A stretch of 64,000 nt of DNA from Vezdaea acicularis (GCA_026025075.1 JAPEUI010000042.1:1-64000), one strand, 5' to 3'; positions 12,735 through 27,700 are shown, counted from the first letter of the stretch. A program made the numbers and translations. Notes: a model not told the origin generated them from the sequence alone.

Positions 12735-13493
12735 ATGATATGTCAAAGGTGCCTTCAGGCGAATTTGAGGTCAAAGCCTCTAAAGTCCACTGCTAATCAT
12801 ATCCGTCGAACTCCTCAATTGGACCGCCCTGGACTAAGCTTAGGAACTTGGCGCCGTTCTTTAACTTCATCCACCCTGACCAATGTCACGCCAGACCCTC
12901 GTCCCTTGGATACACCACATGCCGCTACATCTACCTCTGCCGCTCAACCATTTAGCACCCCACTCACGCCCTCCCCAAGCGCGCAAGGTGTATCGGCAAA
13001 ACCGCAAAGGGAAACACGCCCCCCGAGTTCTGTGCCAGCAGGACAAGTTCTCAAGGGATTAGGTTATATCAAGGCAAAGGGTGATCCAGTAGCAATGGAT
13101 GACAGCGAGTATCCAGACTGGCTGTGGGAGTGCTTGGACGATACGAAGGGGAAAGGGGGGGACAAGAGTGGCACTGAAGGCGAAGGGGATCTGTTCTGTA
13201 GGGCATCTCATTTCTTCCTTCCGCTACTGCGGCACTGACGTATCACAGCGAAATCCAAGAAGCAACGCCGATTAGCTACAAAACGGCTTCAGAAGCAGGC
13301 GTTGTTGAATCCCGAGAGTTTGGTTCCGAAGGTCCCGCTACATCAGCAGAGCATCGATCTCCCTTCAAATGAAGAGGGCACGTTGGAAGGCGCTTTGAGA
13401 GCAGAAAACGTCCGGGACGAGGTCACGAGGGGGATGAGAAAGGCTAGGAGGAAAGGGATAAAGGAGGCTAATTACCTAAAGGGGATGAGTTAA
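12735..13493 (+). CDS. MRPL37: Mitochondrial ribosomal protein L37 (mL54)
   Basis: SSVPAGQVLKGLGYIKAKGDPVAMDDSEYPDWLW; intron 13198-13248; C-terminal RRKGIKEANYLKGM. Confidence 0.9.
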
Positions 13494-15142
13494 ATGGCGG
13501 AATATGTGCACAGGATGCCCCGTTGCACGACCATCTTTCTTGTAACATATCGAGATATTCTTAGGTGCCCAGCTAGTGGATATGGCGATTCACCAGTCGA
13601 CGCGCGTTGGGCAGGGCTCCCTTGATGGATTTGGGACGTGCGATCTTGCTGGAAAAGAGTAATCTCAAGGTCTTCTCGACCCCACCTTCGAAGCAGTGAG
13701 GTGATTGAAAACGAGCATTTAATCCATCCCATAGGAACGCCGACGGAGACGGCTTGATCCGTGACGTTGCAATGCGCCAGATGAAACGCTTTTCGTAAGA
13801 CAAATCGCCCGAATTTGAATGACATCTGCGTCTTCGCGTCACTTTTCGCGACAAGGGCTGGCCAGCCGGGCAGCGGTAGGTGTAGGAGCCGGCCATGGAT
13901 GCCGACCTGCCGGGACTGAACAGTGCACGCCAGCGGAGGGAGAGTGGTAGTCCCCGCGCGCTATTGGGGGGTGATTGGTGGAAACTGGACAAAGAGTCGT
14001 TCGTCTTCTTTCCTTTTCACCCCTTGAGCGAGGGTCACGAGACCCTCTGATCGCGATCGATTAGGTTTCGAGGGTGTGCACTGTATCCACAAGCAGATAG
14101 AGGGGCCCGCCGGGCAGGAAACGCGAGCTGTGAGTCGGCGCGATATGGCCAACACTGCCCAAATGCCGTCCTAGTTGGAAGCACCATTCGGAGCATCCGT
14201 TTCCTGGTCTCCTACCCCACATAAGCGAGACTGAGCGAGCACCTTTGGCCGCTTCCTCGGAGCCACACTTGGGACTGACGGCAGCATGGATTGGTGGCAC
14301 AGCGCATAAGTAGTAGGTGCAGCACCGGCAGTCCGACCATTCAAACCCGTCGACCGCTACCGTAGTCCGTCTGGAGGCATGTCCATGGCGGGGGAATTGA
14401 GGGCCAAGGATGGCATCGTGGGATGAAGCCGCGCATTTCTCCTTCGTCCGACCGGCGGGCGCTGATCGCCCGCTGCGTCGCGCTCGAATTGGTTCTCGTC
14501 AGGAAGTGCAGGTGGAGCCTACGCCTGCCTGTTGCTGCGACTAGCGTGATCACAGAACCAGGACCCGCCCTCCCACCTCCACCACCCGAACGCCAGCCCA
14601 AACGCACGCGCTGCTTCACACCGAAGCACGCTGACGGACTAACTTTCCGCTCCCGCAGCTTTTACTCTTCATCACCCCACAGTCCGCACTACGCTTTCTT
14701 TCCTTCTTGGAAGCAACTCCCCGATGCAGTCTCGCAAACACCCAATGCCGATCATCTGCCCTCCTGTAAATCGTTCTTCACTCTTTGCGTTGACCTTGGC
14801 CTTCGCGTGACACATGAACATTCCTTTTTGACGACTGGCCGACGCCGATACGACTGACAGTCTCGACGTGCATTTCGGGAGAAGATTCACTGCATCAGAC
14901 AGGCACCAAGCCCGTGGAGGGGGCTTCACTGCCTCGAGATACGCAAAACACCTACAGATCTTCAAGATGCTGAGTTCTATGATTTCTATCCCGTGCTAGA
15001 ATGGCCTCCCCATCATAACAACATCCAAGCTGGAAATCCCCGAGCTCCCTACGGGGACTTGGTGACGAAGCAAACTAGCACATAGTACTGAGTATTTAGT
15101 CTACAACCCTGGACAAGCTACTGCAGATATCATATCAGAGCC

Positions 15143-18100
15143 ATGGCGACCGACTCAGGACAGGACGGAAATCTTCTCGTTCCGCCTCAAGTCACGGCTT
15201 TGAAGGCAGATGCGGATATTAGTCGGCCTGGATATTTGGAGCGGACACTCAGCAGTGACATGCGAGAGGAAAGAGAGGACCTCAAAGAAGCGGCGGAGCA
15301 GTCACTGAACGTTATCCTCGACCTTAGCCTTGATGGGGTGGTACGATGGGTCAGCCCTTCATGGCAAGAAGTCATTGGCACAGCACCGGAGTCCGTTGAG
15401 GGTAAACCCATCTCCGATATCCTTCTCGAGAATAAGACCAGCTTTGTTGATGCCGTCGCATCCATGAAGAAGGATGATTCGAGGAGTCAAATTATCAAGT
15501 TCTCGATAATTGGAGGATGTTCGTCAAGACTAGCCAAGAGATACAAGAAGCTGCACGATGAGCTCAATACTCCCGAAACCGAAGAGCCAGTCGAGGAGAA
15601 GCCTGAAGAGGAAGGACAGGTCTTGACGCTTGAAGGCCAAGGGATAATGGTTTACGATCGCTCTACAGGTGAAGAAAGCCACGTAAGTACACTATAAAGT
15701 GTGACACATCTTCTTTTCTAACATGCTTCCAGGCTATGTGGATGATCCGGCCTGCTGTTGAAGCTCGGGAGATAACTATCGACCTTCCCGGCTATCTAGT
15801 CGAATCCTTGGGTTCGGGAGCTGAAATCCTCGCTCATCATCTCACAGTCTTAGCAGAATCCGGCAATAGCGACCCTGCCAGCCATCCTCCGCCGATACCA
15901 GTCCTTTGCCGAATCTGCGAACGTCAGATCCCACCCTGGTGGTTCGAGAAACACACGGAGCTTTGCTTGCAAGAGCACCAGGCGGAGATGGATGTCCAGA
16001 TATCGCAAGAAAACCTCAGTGACCATCGTAATGCCATCGTCAAAGTATTGGATGCTCTCGAGGCCCGTAGTGGTCGTCCGACCTCTGGTGAGGTGGCCAC
16101 TCCACCACTGCCGGCTGCTGAGTATAAAGGCCTGCCTATTGGTCCTTCTCCGTCATCGTCGACCGGTCCATCATCAGGCACTACTTCCCCGTCACTATCA
16201 ACGCATCCATCTCGAGAATCATCCGCTACGGGTTTGGGACATGCTCGAGCTCGCTCATTTGCAGTTCGCCGGCCACTTACGAGGATAGTAGAATTGCTTT
16301 GCGATCTGTGTGATACGGCAATCGAGATTAATACGCCCGCGATTCGAGAGGCACCTAGCCAAGATGGTGATCAATTCAGAACTCAATCTCCTCAGTCTGA
16401 ATCTCGTATCGCTCAGGTACTGCAATGGCAATCGCCAAGCACAAATACGCTTGATCAAGAACAAGGCCTTGCGGCCCTCTGCTCCGATACGGAAAATCTG
16501 GCTAGAGCCAAGGTGGACGCTGTTGACCGACACCGAAGGATCATCGAGTATTCCGAACGAATTCGTGTTGAATTTGCCAACATCGTCCAAGATTGCATTG
16601 AGGAAGCCCTACGCAAAGCAAGCCGCATGGCTAATGGGGAGATGAGCGACTCTACACTCGAGGAGGAAGAAGAAGAAGAGGAAGAAGAGCTCGAGGGCGA
16701 CGAGGAGCAAAGACCTGAAGGAGTTGAGACTCAAGAGCTAGAGCAACAGTCAGAAGAGAGCCAAGCGGGACGCGAGCCTGACAGCGATACGTTCTTCACT
16801 GGTTCTTTCGATGGACCAACAGCACTTGCTGCAGCGCTTCGCAAAGCCTCTGATCCTGCACTTTCACGTTTCGATCGGAGATCGTCTTCAGCGGCTATAT
16901 CTACAAGGTCAAGCAGTCCCAAGGAATCCATCACACCTCGGTCTCACAAGGGTGCGATCAGTATATTAGGGCAGCCTCATCATTACAAGCGATCCTCGAT
17001 GGCCTTTGAGAGCGATGCGAACGATAGCGACAGTAGCGTTCCATCGTCTATGATATCGGGCTTTAGAAGAACCGAGTCCCCCAAGCCCGAACAGAACTTG
17101 AGCAGGGCTGCTAGCTCCCGTGAGAGACATCGCAGGAGTATAGCTTTATCTGGTACTGCTTCCCCACAACGCCAGGCATCCCCTGGCCGAGCCAACGCGC
17201 CTCCATCACCATTGAGAATTTCGAAACCTCGATATCCCCATACTCAAGATGGTAGCATCATGCCCTCGCCAATCACCTCTCCTTTACTGTCTGCAGGCGA
17301 CCTCTCTTCTCCAGCAGCTCAAGGCCATCACCATCGTCGACAATCTTCTGCGACTTCTTCCGACTGGACTCGATTTCCTCCTCCATCTCCTCACGTCGCA
17401 TCAAGCCATCCTCCTGCCCGTGCTGTTCAGACTTCAATCAAAGACTTTGAGATCATTAAGCCCATTAGCAAGGGTGCCTTTGGCAGTGTTTATCTGTCTA
17501 AGAAAAAGTCCACTGGCGACTACTATGCCATCAAGACCTTGAAGAAAGCGGACATGGTTGCCAAAAACCAAGTCACGAACGTAAAGGCAGAACGGGCAAT
17601 CATGATGTGGCAAGGCGAGAGTGACTTCGTCGCTAAGCTCTATTGGACCTTTTCAAGCAAAGATTACCTCTATCTTGTCATGGAGTATCTAAATGGAGGC
17701 GACTGTGCAGCATTGATCAAGGTGCTTGGTGGCTTGCCAGAAGACTGGGCAAAGAAATATCTTGCGGAGGTCGTGCTCGGGGTCGAGCATCTTCATGAGC
17801 GCAATATCGTTCATCGAGATTTAAAACCAGACAACCTTCTAATCGACCAAAAAGGCCATCTCAAACTGACCGATTTTGGACTCTCGCGCATGGGTTTGAT
17901 TGGTCGGCAAAAGCGAGCTCTTAACAGCGGATCTGAAAGCGCTCCTGACTTGCTAAAACAGGGCCCATTTGTGCGAGCCGTTTCCGTGGGCTCTTCTCGA
18001 TCTACTTCATTCGACTTTCATGGACACCACTCACCGGGTTCAACTCCACAAATGACGCCGGACCTAGCTGGTTCTCTTAGTCAGCCGTCCTATTTCAATC

Positions 18101-21051
18101 TGAATCGCGAGACCAGTCTCAGCCGAGAACCATCGAGGCGAAGGTCAGGTCATAGAAGCGATAGTGGGGGCAGTGACTCTCTTCATGCCATGTTCAATAC
18201 TTTTTCACTTGCCGAACCTACAAGCGCCCCGCCATCTCGCCAAGGCCCGATAGAAGAGGAAACGAGGAATGGATCCCCGGACTTGCCGACGCTCTTGCAA
18301 ACTGTCAGCAATAGTAGTGCAGCTGCAGCTCAGCATCATACTCCTCCGCAATCAAGCATGATGCCCCCACCGATGGCGCTCTTTGATCCTGAAGACAGCA
18401 ATCGAAGGTTCGTTGGAACACCAGATTATCTTGCTCCAGAGACGATCAATGGTGTAGGTCAAGATGAAACTAGCGATTGGTGGTCCCTCGGCTGCATCCT
18501 CTTTGAGTTCCTTTACGGCTATCCGCCGTTCCATGCAGATACTCCCGACCAAGTTTTCGAGAATATATTACAAAGAAATATACACTGGCCCAACGATGAG
18601 GACTGCCCGGTCTCTCCAGAGGTGAAAGATCTCATGAATAAACTCATGACAACAGATCCTCGCCAACGACTCGGCAGCAATATTGACGAGAAGTATGCCA
18701 GCGGAGGGGAAGAAATTAGAAGTCATCCTTGGTTTGCAGACATCGATTGGGAGACGCTATTGGAATCTGAAGCGCAGTTTGTACCTGCGGTAGAGAACCC
18801 GGAGGATACCGAATACTTTGATGCCCGCGGGGCTACATTGCAATCATTTGCAGAAGAATTAGAGGAGCAGACCTCTCCACCAATAGTCACCCCAGGTGCA
18901 GATTATCCTGACCGACCGCACGATGCTCTTTCCAGAGTTAGGAATCAGGTCAACTCTCAGAAGCGAGGTCTCATGCCTCTCCATATTCCACCTCACGTTC
19001 GCGATGGCAGGAGCAGGCGACTCAGTGAGCCAGTATCAGGCGATGACTTTGGCTCATTCCAGTTCAAGAACTTGCCAGTTCTCGAGAAGGCAAATAAAGA
19101 CGTAATCCAGAAATTGCGTGCTGAAGCTATGCAAGCACAATCCAAGAATAACCCAGTCACCGCTTCACCGAGCGGAAGCTCTCCGGCGCCATCTTTAGAG
19201 AACAGCCCTATACTTCCGATGCCTCTAAAGCGGCAGCTCTCGACAAAAGGCAATAATCGGTCAGCTTCTCCTTCAACACTGAGTCAGTCTAATTCATCTC
19301 CGGGTCGCATTTCGCAGCCTTCGTCGCCTTTACTGGTTTCTTTTACGGCTGGCCGAAACGATCAGCCCCGTAAAACATCGAGCAATTCCTCTACTTTATC
19401 TCATCAATCGAGTGGTTCTTTACAACCTGGCAGTTTCTTTGATGTGCCTCGACTTTCTACATCGCTCAAGAATAGCTCGACGGCATCTTCGCCCATCAAA
19501 GCTATGAAGCCACCCCCACCCTTGCCTTTATCACCTTCAAAAGGTGGACCTAGCTCAAGAGCAAGATCGCAGACGGTAGGTTCCCAGGAAGGAGAGCCTC
19601 AAATCAAGGACATAATTTCATCAAAACGGCGAAGTGGAATTTTCGACATGTCGCCGTCCTCTTCCGATAATGAGGATGCGAAAGCCAATGCATTATTGCG
19701 AGTGCAGCGACGAAGACAGAGTTCTCGCAGAATGTCCCAACTTGCCTTTGGTGATGGCCCAGTCTTCAGGCCATTGGATGTTTTAATATGCGAGGATCAT
19801 CCCGTATCCCGCATGGTCATGGAGAAGCTACTTGAGAAGCTTCGATGCCGCACAATTACCGTCGGCAATGGACCGGAAGCGATGCGTTTCGCGATGAGTG
19901 AAGTCAAATTCGACATCATCCTGATGGAATTTAGACTCCCTCAAATCAATGGCGCTGATGTAGCGCGTATGATACGCGACACCAAAAACGCAAATTCCCA
20001 GACCCCGATCGTCGCTGTTACTGGTTACCTTAAGGAACTTCAAGCACCACATCACTTTGATGCACTTATTGAAAAGCCTCCTACGACCTCCAAGCTCACA
20101 GAGGTCATGTGCCGACTCTGTCAATGGAAGGCTCCTACTTCGAGCCAGAGCATCGCTTTTTCTCAGACGATGATGCAACCATCAAGTCTTCGCCAGGAAT
20201 CCACTCGATTGGATGACAGCCCAAGCTCAGTCTCCTCAGGCTTTGCCCAAATGCCTGGAAGTAACTTCCGTGGCTCCAGTCGCGAGGATTCCATCAGCTC
20301 CAGCCTTTGGGGTGATGCAGATTCTGTCACTGCGGATGAAATACCTATTTTTGTCTCCAGGCAGGCTACCGAGGAATGGCCATCGGACAAGCAGGGTCTC
20401 GGCATCACCGATGATCCCACCGTCCAAGTGGATCCGAAGGATCCTGTCATCCCACATCTTCTCACCCAGAGTTCTGCGCCCTCAGCCCCACTTAATTCTA
20501 CTAAGGCAGTTTCATTTTCATCACCTATGAACCATCCTCCATCACTTGATCGGAACCGTATGACCGAAAAGATCTTGGCGAAGAGAGAATCATTAGAAAA
20601 GAAATTGCATGAATCTGCTGATTCAGGCGATGACGAGGACGAATTACTAGGTGACGTGCAAGTGAGAGCTAAGAGCCCCAACCGCCAGAAGGGCCAAGCC
20701 AAGGGCAGTAAGCTAGGGACAGAGATGATGCGGACCAATAGCCGGGGCAGCGTCATATCAGCAAGCGAAATAAATGCAGTGAGTTCACCTGTGGAAGGGA
20801 AACATGTTGGAGAGCAGGATCTTGCGGACCATCCACTCATCGAGGAGATGGGTGACCTGAGCATAACCTCAAATAAGCTCGTGGGCGGTTTGACACCTCC
20901 AGAAATCTTCCCCAAAGTCGTAGGAAATGGTGAAACTGTTGACCTGGATGCTACGCCAAGAGCTCCGCATTCAGCGAGCCCGCCACAGGAACCGTCAGAC
21001 ATACCGACTCCAAAAGCAGAAATAAAGGACTTTGCGGGAGGAATGATTTGA
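15143..21051 (+). CDS. RIM15: Rim15/Cek1 Greatwall-family Ser/Thr kinase (PAS, split kinase, response-regulator receiver)
   Basis: PAS in exon 1, CRICE..H..C knuckle, ISKGAFGSVY, HRDLKPDN, DFG, long insert, FVGTPDYLAPE, REC domain (VLICEDHPVSR); intron 15683-15732. Confidence 0.96.
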
Positions 21052-21658
21052 TGCGAAGACGAATGTAAGAATGAATTTGATTACTGATGCACCTTACTTT
21101 GTGCTCTCTCCTCTCTTTTGAAGAAGGCCCTCTGGCTGTCCACAATCTTCTCTTATACTCCTATGTTTGCAATCACATTGGGAGGAGTTGGATTTTTTTG
21201 CTTCGGTTGCTGAGACAGCTTGTGTACATCTTGAGCGGGCGTTCATTGGATCACACGGCGGAGATGGGGATGCAACTTGCTTACTTGCTCGGTGAACTCG
21301 AGGAGGTTTTGCTCATAGGTGGAGGCTGTTATAACTCATTAGCCTTTGCATCAAAGACGTATTGGCATTAGCCACAGATGCGAGCTTGTTATGCTAGGTG
21401 CTCTTTGTAGTGGTGATAAGGCACAACCCTATTTGTGATGCATAAAAACTTTCATGCAACCGTGGAAAGGAGAACCAAGGCAAATTTGCCGGTGATCTCT
21501 TATCTCAATTTTCACATGTGATAAATAGCCTTAATATCTCATCACGTTTGTGATCTCTTAAATCGGTAGCGAGTGGGGTTACTGCTCCTATCTGATAATG
21601 GCATGCATTGCAACTAGCAACAGTCCCTTGTAGTTCCCTTTTGGATTCAATTCTAACA

Positions 21659-23908
21659 ATGGCTCCGAATTTGAAACGGAAACTCGAAATAGAGAACGAG
21701 ATCGAATCCTCAACGAAGAAAAGAACGCTGCTGAATGGAGATTCAAATGTTGATTTTCGCGCTTCACTTTTTGAGCTGAAGGTGAAGCAAAGTTATATAA
21801 ATAGCTACGCTCAATCGCAACCGTAGGCATTGCAATTCGTGGACATTATATATTGCTAACTTCCAATTGTTCAGATACAAACATGGTGTCATTGAAAACC
21901 TAATATCAGAGGATTTGCTGCGCTCCGTACGCTTGGAGATCCAGGACAATTTATCGTTCACGCTGAAAGAGACTGGTACGATAATCTGCAAGTCCAAAGT
22001 CATTTTCGAACTTAAACTCACTCTAAGTGACTAGATATTTACAAAATCTACCAATCCGGCGACCTAGCAAACTTAGATGGCCTTGACGACTCTTCCCTCG
22101 CCCGCCTTCCCTCCCTCCTCAAACTCCGCAATGCCCTCTACTCCCCCAGGTTCCGCGAATATCTATCCGATGTCACGCAGGCTGGACCGCTCTCGGGAAA
22201 GAAGACTGATATGGCAATCAACGTCTATACACCAGGATGCCATCTGCTTTGCCATGACGATGTGATTGGGAGCAGGAGGGTCAGCTACATCCTATACCTG
22301 ACAGACCCAGACAAGCAGTGGGAAAAGGAATGGGGTGGAGCTTTACGTCTTTATCCAACGACCATTGTCAAGTCAGAGGACGGACAAGAGTTAAAGACGC
22401 CAAGTGTAGACCCAACTGTCTCAATTCCGCCTGCTTTCAATCAATTGAGCTTCTTTGCGGTCCAGCCGGGCGAGAGCTTTCACGATGTCGAGGAAGTCTA
22501 TGCTGGAGCCAGTGCTGAGGATGACAAGCTCCGCGTACGTACAGCTATCAGTGGATGGTATCACATTCCCCAAGAGGGTGAAGAAGGCTTCGAGCCAGGT
22601 CTTGAAGCCCGACTTGCGGAGAAGAGTAGTCTCATGCAGCTCAAGGGTAAAGCCAACGAGCTAGACCAACCTCGCGTCAACATCGAGAGCTACAAGCAAG
22701 ACCTCGAAACCGAGACGAAAAGTACAGCTGCAGCCTACGATGATGAGTTCACCGCTGACGATCTGAACTTCTTACTTCGATACATCTCGCCCAATTACCT
22801 CGTCCCCGAAACGCTCGACCAAGTCTCCGCGATATTCGAGGAAGAATCCTCCCTTCGCCTCGCAGAATTCTTGCACCCCGAATTCAGCAGCGAAATCAAA
22901 GATTATATCACCACCGCTGAAGCGCGACCCGAGCACCCACAAACCCCCCAAACCGGAACCGAAATGGAAAGGGATGTATGGCCCGTTGCTCGCCCACCCC
23001 ACAAGCATCGCTTCCTCTACCAACAAGCGCAGCCCATTAGCACCGCCGACACCCCACAAATGCCCATTCAAGACCTACTCGAGAACTTGATCCCCTCCCA
23101 GCCCTTCCGCAAATGGCTCGCCCACGCCACTGGCCTCTCCATCCTCGACCACAGTAGCCTCGCGCGCCGGTTTCGCAGAGGAAAGGACTATACCCTCGCA
23201 ACGGGATATGAAGATGAAGATAGTAGGCTAGAGATTACGCTAGGGCTTACGCCTACTCCTGGCTGGGGCGAGGAGGACGAGAAAGAACAAGGAGAGGAAA
23301 ATGATGCTGCGCAAGAAGAGAAGCCCGCAGAAGAGAAAACCATAGAAGGAGAGAGTGCCAATCCTCCCACCAGTCCTGGTATAACTGAAGAGGGCAAGTC
23401 CATACCAGCCAAAGATTCCGCATCAACCAGCGATCCCACCGCCGACCCGCCCATGACAACAACACCAACCCCCCTCACCCAAGACACCAACCCCGCCGTT
23501 GGCGGCTACGAAGTCTACATGGCCACCGACCTCCCCCCCAACGACCCCAACCACCCAACCACCACCTCCGATGACGACGCAGCCATCTACAAATCCCACA
23601 CCGACGCCGACCCGCACGACGACGGCGTGCTCTTCAGCATGGAAGCCCGCTGGAACACACTCTCCATGGTACTCCGCGATCGCGGGGTGCTGCGCTTCAC
23701 GAAGTATGTGAGTCAAGCCGCGAAGGGGGATCGGTGGGATGTTGTAGGCGAGTTTGGGGTCAGTGATGTGGGTGGTGACGGATGGGATGGTGAGGTGGAG
23801 GGAGGCGTGTATGGGTTGGATACGATTGAGGAGGAGGAGGTTAGTACGGAGCTTGATGGGGAGGGAGATGATGTGACGGAGGAAGAAAGTAGTGGAGATG
23901 AGAGATAA
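21659..23908 (+). CDS. TPA1: Prolyl 3,4-dihydroxylase Tpa1/Ofd1 (uS12 hydroxylase)
   Basis: KETDIYKIYQSGDLANLDG, GCHLLCHDDVIGSRRVSYILYL, SFHDVEEV, ISGWYHIPQ, VLRDRGVLRFTKYVS; introns 21823-21874 and 21976-22034. Confidence 0.95.
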
Positions 23909-24793
23909 AGCTTCTGTGAGCTTTTGGGGTCGCGGCTAAGGGGAGGGCTGGTTTTGAATGAGATATGATGATGAGATGAATGAGAGATGATGAAGCATAG
24001 CAAGTCATTTCATAGCACCCACAACGATAGGAGGAACGTAGACGGAAAAGCTAAAGTAAAATGCTACATCATTGCCAGACCATTTGAGTCACACATACCA
24101 CAGTTCCACCAAAACAACCCTCACACATTTATTTACTGCTGCCCTTGATACAACGACCTAGTCGACCATCACCCAATCCTTATATCCCCGCTCATCGTCT
24201 GTATACTCCTTAATCCCCGTTAGCCCCATTTATAGTGTTACTCAAGGGCCTCTCAGCTTTCATGTTGTAAATTCGGAAGATTGCTGCCGCAACGATTCTT
24301 ACTTGCCTCGCCTCTGAGCATTCCCCAACACCTTTTTTGTCCACGGAACCGTTTACGCGGTTCAAGGCATCGAAGTCTGGCGTGAGAGGGGATGCAATGG
24401 GTTTGCTACTAAGCTCGTATAGCTCCAGTACCTCCAGCATAGAATTGAAAGAAGCCTTTAGAATCACCCCCCTTAAGCAAGTTGTAGCGAAGCTGCTGTG
24501 CGGACTGGATATTCCCATCGATGCTCCGGTCCGGCGTGATACCAGAGTGATTTTGAATTATACCCAGATGATTTAGCGAAGGAGGAAAGACTCTATCATG
24601 TCATCTTATGCTTTAAGGCGAAAGATGCTTTTGCACTATCTCGAGCTCGCTATTAAAGGCGACGCTTATGTCTGTGTCTTGTAGATATTGTTCTTTCTAC
24701 TTATCCCAACGGCTTGGGGGCCGATATCGCTGGGAGTTGTGCTGCATCCCTTAATAGCATTTGGTGAAATGAATTAGACCTTATGCCTTCGGG

Positions 24794-27700
24794 TCACTCA
24801 GGTTCTGCTTCTTCTCGATTCGGCTCATGAAGAGTCTTGACTTCTTCTCTCATTCCCTTCAACATCGACGCGTACTGCCTTTGACATTCCAAAGTTATCG
24901 GGCTTTCTGCTCCTAGTACCTTCTGATAACCTTCACAAGCTCTCTGATAGAGTATAGACGCTTCGTCATATTTCTGTTGAGAGTGACATAGGAAAGCTAG
25001 GTTGCTGACACTCCTTAGCGTGTCCGGATGCTCCTTTCCCAGCGCTTTCTCATAGCCTTCCAGCGCCCGCTGGTGCATCTCTTCCGCCGCCTCGTACTTG
25101 CCCTGGCTTTCGAGCACTGCGGCCAGATTGTGGACGCTCGTCAGCGTGTCAAGATGCTCCTTTCCCAGCGCCTTCTCGTAGCCTTCCAGCGCCCGCCGGT
25201 GCATCTCCTCCGCTGCCTCATACTTACCCTGGATTTGAAGCACTGAGGCCAGATTGTGGACGCTCGTCATCGTTTCTGGATGCTCCTTTCCCAGCGCCAT
25301 CTCATAGCCTTCCAACGCCCGCCGGTGCATCTCCTCCGCCACCTTGTACTTGCCCTGGCTGTGGAGCATGAGGGCTAGGTTGCTGACGCTCGTCAGCGTG
25401 TGGGGATGCTCCTTTCCCAGCGCCTTCTCGTAGCCTTCCAGCGCCCGCCGGTGCATCTCCTCCGCCGCCTCGTACTTGCCCTGGCTTTGGAGCACTGCGG
25501 CCAGATTGTGGACGCTCGTCAGCGTGTCGGGATGCTCCTTTCCCAGCGCCTGCTCCCTGTCTTCCAGCGCCCGCCGGCTCATCTTCTCCGCCGCCTCGTA
25601 CTTGCCCTGGCTTCTAAGCACTGAGGCCAGGTTGCTGACGCTCGTCAGCGTGTCGGGATGCTCCTTTCCCAGCGCCTTCTCGCGGCCTTCCAGCGCCCGC
25701 CGGTTCATCTCCTCCGCCGCCTCGTACTTGCCCTGGCTTTGGAGCACGAAGGCTAGGTTGCTGACGCTCGTCAGCGTGTGGGGATGCTCCTTTCCCAGCG
25801 CCTTCTCGTAGCCTTCCAGCGCCCGCCGGTTCATCTCCTCCGCCGCCTCGTACTTGCCCTGGCTTTGGAGCACTGCGGCCAGATTGTGGACGCTCGTCAT
25901 CGTTTCTGGATGCTCCTTCCCCAGCGTCTTCTCGTAGCCTTCCAGCGCCCGCCGGCTCATCTTCTCCGCCGCCTCGTACTTGCCTTGGCTTTCGAGCACT
26001 GAGGCCAGCCTGCTGACGCCCGTCAGCGTGTCGGGATGCTCCTTTCCCAGCGCCTGCTCCATGTCTTCCAGCGCCCGCCGGCTCATCTTCTCCGCCGCCT
26101 CGTACTTGCCCTGGCTTTGGAGCACTGAGGCCAGCCCGCTGACGCTCGTCAGCGTGTTGGGATGCTCCTTTCCCAGCGCCTGCTCCATGTCTTCCAGCGC
26201 CCGCCGGCTCATCTTCTCCGCCGCCTCGTACTTGCCCTGGCTTTCGAGCACGAAGGCCAAGTTGCTGACACTCGCCAGCGTGTTGGGGTGCTCCTTTCCT
26301 AGCGCCTTCTCCCTGACTTCCAGCGCCTGTCGGCTCATCTCTTCGGCGGGCTTGTATCGTCCTTGAGAATGTTCAAAGTATGCAGCATTATGGAGAAGCG
26401 TTGCGCGCTGCAGCAACGAACACTCTGTTCTAAAATTATATCTTAGGACGACTTGTGCGTGGGGAGTCAGAGCCTCGCATAGTGCCCGATTTTCATACTC
26501 CCCCACCGGAAAGTTCTCGGACAATAGACTCAGAGCCCTTTCTTGCCAGTAATTCAGTGTGCCTCGAAGCCCTAGCCATCTTTGAGTTGAAACCTGGACA
26601 AGTCGATGCATTTCAAAAGCGGTGCCTCCTTTTTCAACGGTGATTAGGGAGAATGCCTGTAAAGTTGCAAAAGCGGTGATCAGGTCGGTCTCTTTTTCAT
26701 TTACTCCACAGAGCAATGATTTCTGAAGACCCTGTCGATCTAGGACAGCCATAAGAGAAAGCATATTGGCGGCATGTGGTTTCTGCTTTCTGATCTGGTC
26801 AAACGACAGGCCCCATGTTCGAATCACCGAGTTTTGTGAGTCCGAGTCTCTTCTCCAGTCATAAAATTCTTCATCCAAAATGTTCGCATCATTCGCATGG
26901 AGGAGTTCTAGATACTTTGAGAAACTGATGTAGTTCTGAGTAATGAAAGAGGCTGCTTGCGTAATTGCAAGTGGGAGATATTCCAGTTCGGCAAGCAATT
27001 TCTCTAATTCAATTTCCGATTGACTGTCTGGCACCTTAGATAGCAGCATGGCTCTTCCCTCACTAGCTGTCATTGGACCAACTACAAAGGGCTCTTCTCC
27101 ATTTGCTAAGTTTCTCCCAACAACTTTATTTCTTGTTGTAATGAGAATCGAGGTCTTAGGTCTGGATGGAAGATAGCGTGCTAAAGCGGCTGCCTCTTTT
27201 TCGCCCGTGTCTGAGCTAGGACCATTTGTGGGGTGAAACATTTCCATATCATCAGCATTGTCGAGTACTAGAAGCCAGCGTCCATTCTCCTCGTTCATAA
27301 ACCATTCGTAGACAATTTGAAGTGCGTTGATCTTTGGATCGTTCCAACCTGGTATGAGAAGCTTTCTGGCAATATCTTTATAAGCCTGAATGAATCTATC
27401 ACTAGTACCGGCATGTATCCAAAAAACATGAGCTTCAGGATACGTGTCTGAGAACTTGTAACAGTATTCAATAGCTATCTGGGATTTCCTGCAAACCAAT
27501 CAGTTGTGATTTAAAATTAGGTGTATGAAGCACTGCCAGGCAAACTAGAACAGCTTACCCAATTCCACCCATTCCAGCGATTGCAACACGACTTTGGTTC
27601 TGCAGAGCTGATTCGACTTTATTGATTATATTAATACGGCCAATAAATTTGAGGTCTCTTTCAAACGGTACCAAGAAAATAGACCTTTTCGGCTGTGGGG

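Noticed and set aside
24210..24576. Short ORFs between TPA1 and the NLR as an effector partner gene
   Set aside because: No recognisable domain, amyloid-like motif or supportable exon structure
24794..26405. TPR repeats or other tandem arrays as a CRISPR-like array
   Set aside because: Eukaryotic locus; units are contiguous in-frame coding repeats without unique spacers
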